Shown: positions 11,520-22,843 of the stretch, piece by piece
Position numbering within the stretch: position 1 is the first letter of the stretch
Layout: the number at the start of each line of letters is the position of its first letter
Source of the DNA: Thalia democratica
Lineage: Eukaryota
Direction: 5' to 3'
Assembly (NCBI GenBank): GCA_965202585.1
Contig: OZ241829.1
Location: 72,726,001 to 72,790,000, forward strand
Length of the DNA stretch: 64,000 bases
Made by a program: the position numbers and the translations under genes
Notes under the pieces: generated by a model
The model's input: the letters and a program-made list of their open reading frames with translations, nothing else
Databases searched by the model: none
What the model was told of the DNA's origin: nothing

Positions 11520-14494
11520 TATACTCAATTCAAAACGCTTTTGGTTTGTTATTTATCTTTGTTTTTGTTGTTTCTTTTCGTGTTTTTACGTTGTTTTGTT
11601 TTAAGAAAAACACTATTTTGTCGTTTTAGTAGTTAAGAGCACAATAAACATAGATAAATATAGTTAGCTTAATTACTTTAAATATAATTTTGAAAAGTTG
11701 AGTTTCAAAGACTTAGTCAGTGTAGTTAAATTTAAAATATACTATAGTGTTAGCTTTAACACTAATTACATTGCTAAAATTACAGTTAAACTTAAAGTAT
11801 TATAAAATATAAAGATGTTTAAAATTAAGTAACCAGATGAAGATTGATCTAAAAACTACAAGTTATTGTTATGATAAACTTGATTACATTGAATATACGA
11901 ATGAATCGTTACTAATGTTTTTCAAATGATTATTAAGCTTGACAAGTCTTATTAAAAATCCTTTACACCAAAATAATAAAATATTCTTTCCATAATAATT
12001 GAAAAGAACTACATGAATTAAAAATACTACTTGTATAAAAAAATATTTAATTAACCCTTTGAAAAATACTTTATGAATAAAAATTTGTTTTCGCAACTTT
12101 ATGCATAAAGCTCACTTCTTACTCTATAAAAAAATTATTATAAAATTTGTCTTTATACTTACAATTACTACCACGTACTTAAATCTTAAATTGATGGTAT
12201 AAACGAATCGATTTTCTATAACTAGGTTTCTTTATAAAACCTAAAGTTGCTGTTCAATGAAAAAATAAATAAAACTGTGGTTTTAATTTGTTTAACACTT
12301 TTTTTTTCTTCATTTGTCTTATCAGGAAAACAATATCTTTCAAAATAGTTTTTCTAGCTTGTAAGATATTTATTTTTTTACGGTTTTGTCAAAACTCTTC
12401 ACTAAATAACACTAAAAGAAAGAGTTTTTCAAATTTATTGTAAATAACAAAACTCAAACATAGTTTAGATCTTATGAATATAATAAAAGATAAGAATGGT
12501 TTTTATAAATAAAAATGCACCTTTTTACAAATTTGAATCTTAACAACAAGATTAGTAGCAACATCGGTTAGTTTTAGATTAACTTAGTCGAATGTAAAAG
12601 TAAATGTTGTTTTTAATAAAAAATTTTAAAAAATTGACACTCTTAAAAGAATAAAAAATCACAAACATACTACTATCAACAAAATAACTTAATACGTTTA
12701 GTTTCTTTATGATAACGACAAAAAATATATAGCTTTGAATTAAGACGACTAAAAAATGTTAAATAAAAACATTTAAGCTTTTAAATTCAAACAAATTACA
12801 TTTTGAGTAAAACTTCTTAAATTTAAAATAAACTGTAGAACTATTTTTCGAAATTCAATGAATTTATGAAATAACTATCACCGTCTTAACATTTAATACC
12901 TAGGAATTTTACCTTCACTGTTTTGTTAAACTGAAGTTTAACATAAAAAACACCATTAAGTTCGAGTAGTTTCGGACAACTATTACCGCAATCGTAAAAG
13001 GTAATGATAAATGTAAAAGCTTTACAAATTTATACTTATGCATATATTGACTGTTTAATCGTACGATGATTATCAATCCTTACAAGTTTTCTAACTAAAA
13101 TCAATAAACATTTTTCTTGCTCTGTTTAATTTCAAGGTTAAGTTTGTTGCTCAGAGCGTAATGGTAATTTGTACCTTTATTTTTTATTTGTATTCTTGAA
13201 CTATAAACTTTCTGATGGTGATTCAATTTGTTGGTTATAAGAGTGAGATAGTTTATATATTATAACTATATGTGTTAAAATAAGAATTAAAAAAATTAAG
13301 ATAATTAAGATATTTCTTATACTTCAATATATGGCCTCTCTATTAAATTTTATTTTTCATTTACTTGAAACATTATCAGTTTATAAGTTTCAATAAAATT
13401 TTAATAACAAACTACAAGTAATGATCATAATAGAACGATATATTTATAAAAAAAAAATCAAAAAGTAAAATTTCTTACGGTACGTTAAATCTTTTTTTTT
13501 TAAATAATGTTTTAACTGTTGAAATGTAGTTCCATAGTTTAAATTATTTCATTGATTTTTTATCTAATTAACCGATTAAATCAAAACATTTTTATACTTT
13601 TAATAGTATTCAAACTTTTTAACCTGACTTTTTACATAAAAAAAATAACAAAAAAAATTAAAATTTTATTTAACGTTTAGTTATCGTTTGCTTACGACAA
13701 CATTTTTTAGTATATCAGTTATTATTAAACCCGACGTTAATTTTTAGTAACAAAATTATTAATTATATAATTTACCTTAATTACGAACTTTTTTTTCAAA
13801 ACAGCTTAACAAATTACAATATAAATGAAAAATCAAAGTTCCATAGTACTTTTCATATTAAAATTCAAAAAAAGTTTTAAGTGTTATAAATAACTATTAT
13901 AAACAAACTTATCTGATTAGTTCTAAATACATACAGAACTGAAAAAACAGTATCTAATTAAATCTAAACTTATAGCTAATTAATTAGCTATAAGTTTATT
14001 AAATCTAACTATATTTTCACAAAATATATCCGCTGTTTCAACTAAACACCTATCAATTTACTATTTCTCCGTATAAGAACTTGTTAAAAAGTGTTATTAG
14101 TGGCCTTCTCCGAGAAAAGAAAAACACAGATTTAGTTTAAATATTTAACGTTGCTCTGCAAAACTTAGATAGATTTTTGAAACTTTTCATTTAATTTTAA
14201 TAAATAGTATTTGACTTATTTATTTTATACTGGCTTATAAATACTTGTACAAAAGATTCTTGTTATAAACGTTCTACAAACTCGTATTTAAGAAGAAAAG
14301 AACTTAAGCTTAAAATTTAATTTCCTTATTTGATAACCTAATAACTAATAAAATTTTATTCAATCAACGATATTTACTGATGTGTCACTAGTCTTTATAA
14401 CAGTAATCACAAACATCTTTTCAAATCTTATTTACTCATAACCTTTTCATTAAGGTTTAAAATTACAAGAAAGAACTTTATTAAAACAGGTAAA
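11520..14494 (+). repeat. C-to-D intergenic spacer, present in three copies (also ~24910-27772 and ~59370-63457)
   Basis: Colinear shared blocks, e.g. ttagtagcaacatcggttagttt, gtgattcaatttgttggttataagagt and tatctaattaaccgattaaatcaaaacatt, occur in all three spacers. Confidence 0.92.
13965..13998. repeat. Perfect 34-bp palindrome
   Basis: TAAACTTATAGCTAATTAATTAGCTATAAGTTTA equals its own reverse complement. It is absent from the paralogous spacers near 27320 and 62950. Confidence 0.9.
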
Positions 14495-15976
14495 ATGATA
14501 AAATTTCGATTAAGTATTGATGTCAGTTTGAGCAAAGTTATTCTTGGTGTAGCTGGTATATCTGCTACAATTTGTGCATTTCAGTATTTTACTTCGAAGA
14601 AAACAAAACTAAAATGCTCTTCAAACATTGATTTTGTACAAAATGGAATGGAATCACAGATAGCTAACAAAGTGTCGAATTTTATTTCAACAAAACCTAC
14701 CGTTGAGCCCAAAATCACTAAAAACACATCATCTAAAGATGAGCTGAAAAACATAAAAGTTGAAAAAAATTTACTTGCTTACAAAAATAAAGGTTTCAGT
14801 CCAATTGAAGAAGTCGTCAAAAATCCGTCAGTTAGCAAAAGTAAGCCCAAACTATACTGTGAAGAGTTAGTATCGAAAACCGATTCGAAACGTAAAAGGA
14901 AATTACCGAAAACTGAATCAAACTGTGAAAAGTCTATCATAAAAACTTCTCTTAACTGTGATAAGTCAACTTCAAAAAACAAACCACACTGTGAAAAAAC
15001 AACCTTAATATTCGAATCAAAATGTGAAAAATCAATCTCAAAAGTCGACTCAAACTGTGAAAAGCAAATATCAAAAACTAGCTCAACTTATGAAAATACC
15101 ACCTTAAAACCTAATTTTAGTTTTAAAGAAACCATCTCAGAAAATGAATCAGAAATAGTGAATATTGATGAAGTAAGTCCAGGGCAACTGGCTGATAAGA
15201 GTATAAAGCATTCTAGACAACAAGTTAGCTTGGAAGTTAATAGTTTAAATGGTAATTCTCAAACTGATGTAGAAAAAAATAAACTTGAGACTAAAAATCA
15301 AACTGAGTATAAACTTAAAATATTACGTAAAGATTTAAAACAGCTTGAAAGGCTATTGAATCAGATATTTAAACTCATAAAAAAAGAAAAGGATGAACTT
15401 GAGAAAAATCTTGATTTGTTGGAAAAGGGTACATCAGTTGCTAAATTAAATAATAGCATTTGCTATCGACTCGATAAAATCCGTAAAAAGTTGGATGATT
15501 AAAAATGCAATGAGTATTTGAAACAGATTACTTTGAGTTTTTGCAATTTAAAACAATTAGTATGGAAAGTATCAGTAAACAGTTTAAAACATTTTGCTAG
15601 ATTGTCGGATGATAAACATAAAACTACTAGGGAAATGTTTGATTGTATTAAAACTATAATGAACAATTTTGGAGATTTTGTTGGGAATACTTTGAGATCA
15701 ATTAAGTTTATGCTGGAATATATGAACATGAATGTTTCTAAAGCAAACAAGTATTTCAAAACACTTGAAGATCTAAAAGCTTGTGAACTAAAATGTTTTG
15801 AAACATTTTTTAATTATGAAAATTCAAGCCAATATAATATTGTAAAAGACATTGTAATAAAAATAGAAGATAGTTTGAAGGAGTTGATCGATTGCAAAGG
15901 AGTTTTTGAAAGTTATAAAACATTAGTTGGAAATGAATATCAAAAGTATGTTGACAATGAGAAAATTACTGAATAG
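14495..15976 (+). pseudogene. Array copy D1 with a single in-frame TAA at 15500-15502 (335-aa truncated product; 493 codons if read through)
   Basis: ORFs 14495-15502 and 15518-15976 are in the same frame. D1 gat gat TAA aaa tgc aligns with D2 aat aat CGA aaa tgc. No other lesion seen. Confidence 0.85.
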
Positions 15977-16767
15977 GAAATATTTTTAGTTAAGAAGTTG
16001 TTTATGTTCGTTTCGTTTTCGTTGAGTTTAGTTTTTGTGCTTTTTGTTGAAAAGTTTTTAGTTGTCATGTGAACAATAAATATTGCTATCTGAAACGCCT
16101 TGAGTTTTTGATTGTTGAGTTTCATAATATATTTAAATAAAATACAACATATCTCTAATGATAAATCGAATCAAAAAGTAAAATATAACAAGATAAAAAG
16201 ATGAATATGCGTATTTTCTAAATAAAGGCCTAAATTTTATAATATCAATAACTATCAGTAATATATTTTAAAGCTTGTGTCGTTAGGATCTTTGTTGTCA
16301 AAATATTATCAAATATAAAAAATCTAAACGAATTTTTTTAATTTTATATATATTGATATTGATACATTTTTATGTGTTTACTTAAAACCTAAACCACAAA
16401 TAATGTATTAGATAATTTTTTTTTCTTATATTCTATAAAACAACTGATTTGTTATTTTTAATTTATCGCATATTAGAATAAACTTAATATATCAAATGTG
16501 TTAGTTTACAACATCATTATTAATCATACTTATCTCTAATTGCCACACCTTTAAACATATAAAAACTTATTGTAATTATATTTAATGAACTTAACTACAA
16601 CTTAATTAACTAAGTTTATAACAAAAATAGATAAAACAAGTTTTTATTGATGCCAAAGGTAAAATAAATGACAGTTTTCAATTTTTTGATCCGAAGTTAG
16701 ATAAGCGATGTATATACTATTTTTAAATAAGATGTAACGTTATAAGGCGTTAAATCCTGGAGATCCT

Positions 16768-16868
16768 GATAAGCTAAGCTTATCGGAATGTATATCACAG
16801 ATGTTCTTGTGCTAAAACTTTATTTAAAACGCCGTTAGTTGAAATAAAGTTTTAGCACAAGAACATCT
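16768..16868. repeat. 17-bp palindrome followed by a 70-nt hairpin with a perfect 27-bp stem
   Basis: GATAAGCT-A-AGCTTATC at 16768-16784. Arms AGATGTTCTTGTGCTAAAACTTTATTT (16799-16825) and AAATAAAGTTTTAGCACAAGAACATCT (16842-16868) enclose a 16-nt loop. Confidence 0.9.
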
Positions 16869-17548
16869 ATTTTTAAATAAATATTTAAACACTTGATAGT
16901 AGAAAAAAATATCTTAATAACAAATAAAAGCTACCTTTACTATTAGGCATTCAAAAGTTAAAATAAATAAAAAATACTCACTCTCTTAAAATTTAATTAC
17001 AAGTTATGTTTTAATTAAAGTGTCAATGTACTAAACAATGTTAAGATCTTTATTAACCAACTATTAACAAACACTTTAATACTTAAACAAAATCAATGGA
17101 TTATTAAAAAATAAACATTTGTTTTAAACATAAACTCAACTTGCGCTAATAAAATAAAATTTTTATATTTTTTTTTAAACAGCACATATACAAACTTCAA
17201 CTTTACCCATACCAGAATTAAACTTATCGTTTAAACATTGTATTTATTATTGTATTAGACATTGGTGTTAACATTATAGTATTTGCATGTAAAAAAAAAC
17301 ATTTATAAAAGAGCTAGTTTTTACATTTTCAAATACTTTTTATACCTTTTTATAGAAAAACATAATTTATAATCAAAATATTTAATTCGAGAAACTTTTT
17401 GATAAAAATAAACAGTATTTATTGGTTTAAAAATAAAAACATTTTCACAAAAAATATAGAATAAAACAGTTGTTTAGTCATACCGAAACATCACTCAACT
17501 GTCATGTCTAACTTAACTCTAGAATACTATAATTTTACATTAGTCTTT

Positions 17549-18205
17549 CTAAAGTTTTATTTTTTTTTTCTCAATTTTAACTTTAATACTCTCAATATGT
17601 TCTTCAATTTTTAAATTTTTTTTTATCAACTCATCTTGTTCAATTTGTAATTTATTTAAAAATTTCACTTTGAGGTTCAACCTGCTCTGTTTCATTGCTA
17701 GTAGTTTGATAAACTCTTGAATTAACTTTTATTGAATTTTTCTGAGAATCAGTATGGGTGCTTACTTTTGCAAGTTGTCTATCATCAGTTGTTTCAACCT
17801 GATGGGTTAATTGATGGTTGTGTTTTATCTTAAAATAGATTTTTTTTCTTTCTGCTGTTGGTCTCTTAATTTACAACAGTCACAGACCAAATGACATTCT
17901 GGTGCCTGTTAAACCTCTGGTTATACCTTGGCCATCTATATGGGGCATATTTCGAACCCTTAACTGGTCTGAAATTGGGTCCTGTTACGTGTGTAGCTTG
18001 TGGCATATTTTTTGTACTCATTACTACATTAAATTGAACAGCCTCACCTTGTGCTAGTGACCTAAAAAACTTTTTAGGTATGGTTTCAGTAATTTCAGTG
18101 TGATGAACAAATACATTACTGTCCTTATCATCACGATGAATGAATCCATAGCCCATGAATTTAGTTATTTTTAGCTAAAAGTTTCTCTGGTTTTAAAAAA
18201 GACAT
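17549..18205 (-). pseudogene. Decayed intronless Y-box-type cold-shock-domain gene with a low-complexity/coiled-coil tail
   Basis: ORF 17866-18156 has RNP1 GYGFI, RNP2 VFVH, and TGPNFRPVKGSKYA, like the Y-box TGPGGxPVxGSKYA. The upstream ATG at 18205 gives MSFLKPEKLLAKNN* in another frame. The beta1 VKWFN strand is missing. A frameshifted tail continues to ~17549 (LNKLQIEQDELIKKNLKIEEHIESIKVKIE). Confidence 0.8.
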
Positions 18206-18399
18206 CGCTGTGTAATGTTAGTAAATTAGTATACTCCAATTTATAAGTTGCTCAATTGTAAAAAAAAATAAGTTTTATTTATCAAAAAGCTTTTGCATGC
18301 TCGTTATTGTTGAAATGACGTAAAATTTAAATTATCTGATTCGCAATTTTTTTTTTATTCCTTTTTGTATTAGAACATAACAAGTTTTTTCTTTATCTT

Positions 18400-19830
18400 T
18401 CAAATTAACTGTTTTGATTTTATCTTTAAATGAGTAAGTTATTTTAGTTATACATGATAATCAAACTCTTGTAAAAAAATGCTTAATGTTTTTATTAAAT
18501 TATATACTTACTTTAAGTTTATAAAACTAAATTGTATAAAAAACATCGAATTTTGTTTGAGCTTTAATAATAAAACAGTATTGTATTTGTGTAACATTTT
18601 TTTTTGTTGTTATCTTTGTTTGAAACAGTTGTTGCGATAACATGTTTTAAGTTACTTAAATTGAAGTTATTTTGCTGTTTTATACATATACCACTATTAC
18701 CAGTGACTAAAACTAAAACTCTACCCTGACAAATTGGAATTACAGTTTTAATACTCTTACACATATCATTGACGTCATGAATAAAGTTATTGTTATATTA
18801 AAACGTCACGAAGAAAACACTAACGCTCGTGTTTATGATAGTATTTAGTTTCAAGCAAGATACCTACTTTTTCAACACAACGATTTGTAGTTTTTCGTCT
18901 GTCATTTTCTTCTAAACTTTAAAAGCCGTCTATGTACGGCTAAAAATATGTTTATTTAAATCTGAAGCTTCTTATAGATTTATTTGCTAAGTAAGTATAA
19001 ACTTTCAAAGCTTTAGGAACAAAATACTAGCAACTGATAAGTTGTAACACTACAATTTTTTTCTTTATGATTCCAATGAATTGTTTTGATCCTGTTTTTA
19101 AATGAGTAAGTTTTTTTAGTTATAATTGAACAATAAAAACCTTGAAAAAATCTGCTTATATTTTATATTTATTTACTTACTTTAAGTTTATAAAAAATAA
19201 AACTTATGACTTGTTTTACTAGTTATTGATAAACAAACATTGTCTTTAAGATTTTCTTCAAGTATCATCGTTTATTAAGTGAACTGTCTTTGAAAAGTAT
19301 AAAAACATCAATGTTTGTTTCATGTTGTATTTATATATTACTTTATCCTATAATATTTTTTAAAAGAAATATTGACTCACGATGCAATTTAATCTTAGGA
19401 GCTTAATGATAAAACAGTATTGTTTTATTGTAACACAAATATTTTATTATTATCTTTGCTTGAAACAGCTGTTGCGATAATATGTTTATTTTAAGTTACT
19501 TAAATTAAATTGAGTTTGCTGTTGTATACATGTACCACTAGTAGAAGTGACTAAAAATAAACTGCTTAATTGGACTTCCAGTTTTAATACTCTCTCAAAT
19601 ATTTGTGACGTCATAATAAAAACTGTAAATATAAACAAATTAAAAACGATCATGATAGTATTTAGATTCAAGGTAGATATCAATTTTTTCAACACAACGA
19701 CTTGTAGTGGTTTATCTGTCATCTTTCTTTTAAACTTTAAACATTTATCGATGTACGGCAATAAATGTGTTTATTTAAGTCTGAAGCTTCTTCTAGATTT
19801 ACTTGCTAAATAAGTATAAACTTTCAAAGT
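18400..19830. repeat. Diverged direct tandem duplication (~18400-19020 and ~19075-19830), one TGACGTCA in each copy
   Basis: Shared colinear blocks such as taaatgagtaagtt, tgaaacag(t/c)tgttgcgataa, ttttcaacacaacga and ctgaagcttctt. About 75-80% identity by eye. Confidence 0.85.
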
Positions 19831-20639
19831 TTTAGGATTAAATTGTTATCCAGTGATAGTTTAGGCTATTTTAAGTGAACTCCAAACTGTAGAAAATAGT
19901 TTAAGTTAGACTAAAACTACTAAGTTACAATTTCTTAGAAGACTTACATATATCTATCTATCTAACTTATAACAAAATTAAATGATTAAAGACGTTTAGG
20001 CGCTCACTACAAAATAAAAGTGTTGCAAGTGATGTTTTAATCTGTGTATTTACTTTAAGAGGTATTATAATTATAACTGTATAGAAAAATGTACTAAAAA
20101 AGTTTTGTAGTAAAAAACTTTTTGCGGTCGAATCATTATTTTGTTAATCTTTTAGATCAAAAAATTTGCTATAAGTTATCACAAAGTTATCAAGTTCTTT
20201 GAAAATCCCGTAAAAAAATATTTCTATTAAGTTAGGACTTTTTTTTCGCAGAAAGATCTTCTTCTTAATCTTGCCTTCTGACTAATATGTTTTTAACGTT
20301 TAGGATAATAAAAAATAGAAAATTAAAAATAAAAAAGATTGTATACATAGTTTAACAGAATCGTGTTCACGGTGTGCATAAAACATTTAGTATTTTGGTG
20401 CACGAAACTTAAGTATGGGTATCAAAAGATAATATTTTTCCTTATACTAAAATCATTTTGAAGCTTTTGATGAAGAACAAAAATGCTCGGAATAATTTGT
20501 GAGGTATACAAAAAAATTTAAAGCAGTCTAGTGTGCAAAGATTTTAATCTCCGTTGAGATTTACACATTAAAGTATAACAAACGGAACTTAATTTTAAAC
20601 TCAACTTCAAATAAATACTTTTAGACCTATCTTAATTTT

Positions 20640-20983
20640 TCATGTTGGTACGGACCCCGTAGAATAATAACTCTTAATAATAAATATTTTCAAACCTGTC
20701 GAAAACCAGTTCATAGTTACATATATATAAATTTCAATCAGCAGTTTCAATTTTAATTTTATTCTTCGTAGCATTTTCAAGTTTAAATTTAAAAAAAAGT
20801 ACAACGAATTTTAAAAGCTTTATGGCGTTAGTAAATGTGCTTTAATAATTTTTTTTTTTCATGATTAAGTAAAAGTAAACTAAAGTAAATTTTAACTACT
20901 TTTATGGCATATGTCAGTGAAATCAACGACGTTACAACGAATCCGCATTGAACCAAGGTGACGTCACAAACAATCACAGTTAG
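20640..20983 (+). promoter_or_regulatory. Conserved non-coding block with a CRE site (TGACGTCA 20959-20966), homologous to 42958-43380
   Basis: Shared blocks gaaaaccagttcata, ttcttcgta, gctttatggcgttagtaaatgtg and cattgaacca. Both copies lie 2-3 kb upstream of an array gene. The regulatory role is inferred. Confidence 0.5.
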
Positions 20984-22843
20984 TTTGGGGTCGGTCGTTT
21001 TATAAGTATCCTTTTATGGGTATCCTAGTTGCAACAAAATGATACCCATAATAAGACCGACCAGAAGGTGTCCTTTTAAAAAATTGTACAATTTTATATT
21101 GATGTTACGTATTTTTTGTTTTTTTTTTTACAATTAAAAATTAAATTGTTTTTACGTATATTTTTTCATAAGTTTATTCAATTTCTTAAACTTAAGTTTA
21201 ATTAAAATGACTTTGATAACTTGTTTAGACTGTTCAGATGTTAAATTTTAAAGTAAACCCATGAAAAGGCGAAACACAGCTTTATAACTTTTTATGGGTA
21301 TCCTTTTAAATTTAGTTTAAATATCTCATATTAACTTTTATTTAAGTTCAAGTTTAACATTAATTAAAGGCTACTTAAGTTAAAAAAATTTTTTTTTTTT
21401 TTAAACTTCTATCAAAACTGCAAAATATAATTCAAGTATTTCTCTAAAAACATAACTAAAAACGAGATATGACTTTATTTACTTTACAAGCACAACTTAG
21501 TTGATAAAGCTAAGGTTTTCCAACTAATAAATTTTTTTTAAATTATATAAACTGCGTTGCCTGACCCCGTAGTAGATTTAGATAATAAACCGCGTTCGTC
21601 GGCTCCACCTAAGAGTCGTGCAGTAGCGTCAGTCGACCGTGACAACAGATCTTATTAATATACCTCAGAAGCTTTAGTTGTATGCTTTATAACTAAATAA
21701 ATGCTGCTTAAAATATAGAGCTTTAACCAAATTATGATTTAAAACTCTTTTAAAATGAATTTATGGTAATTAACTTGCCTGGTAACAATTTTTCAAAGTA
21801 AAACTTTATGCTGATTTAAAAAAAAATCTATAACTAGACTTAATAAATATGTATATTCAAATAATTGTCTTTTACTTACAAACTGTTCTTGTTTATAAAT
21901 TTCAGAAGCTTGAAATGTAAAAAAAATAACAACGTTTAAGAATAAAAGGAATTTATGCATTTCCTCAGATGTAGTTATTTTGCTAGAATTTAAACAAACA
22001 GTAAAATTTTACAAAAACTAGTGGAAAAAAAGTAATTAAATTTGGTCAAAATGACTTAGTTAGTTTTTGTAAAAGTATTTACCTAATTTTAGTTATGTTT
22101 TGTATTACAGACTTTATCATTTTTGTATTAGTTTTTGAATAAACTTAACAAAGTAAGATATATTTATTTAGTTTTGACATTTTATGTATATTAAATTTAC
22201 AAAAATGTCTAATAATAAACTAATTAAACAAATCAAAAAAAATAGTATAACTTTGTTTGCTTGGTAAAATGTTTTTTAACAAAATAAATGCTTGGTTTAG
22301 ATGTTACAACTAAAACTACATAAAGATTGCTTTAAAAATGAAGTGAAAATTCTGAAGTTTCCACTTTATTCCGATTTAACTTAAAATAACTTTTTACTAA
22401 CGAACTGTAACAACTGTATATATTTTAAATAAAATATAGCACATTTTAAGAGGCCTAGCCAAAACTTTTTGCACATTGTAATAGCATTTTATACATAAAC
22501 AACAAACTTTAAAACTTGGCTGAGACATAGATATTTAAATAATTTTTATCATGAAATCATAAAAAAGTATTTCAAATTCTATTTCTCAAAAGATTTTAAA
22601 GGCTTGGCCAGAACTTTTTAAACTAAAGTAGCATTTATCAAGTAACAAATAAGCTCTTATACATATAAAATTTTAAATTGAGCTAAAAGACAAATTTTAA
22701 ACATTTTTAAAGCATTTAAATGAACATAATATACCATAAATAATTTTCTAATAGTAATTTTTTTTAGATTAACTGTATAAACTTTATTACAAACAATTGA
22801 CTAGTATTCTACTTACAGGTTAGTAGTTCGTAAAACTGGTAAA

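Noticed and set aside
21570-21625. Faint minus-strand resemblance to the 5' end of 5.8S rRNA (cgactcttag..gtgga)
   Set aside because: The match is about 15 nt, needs a large gap to continue, and has no rDNA context.
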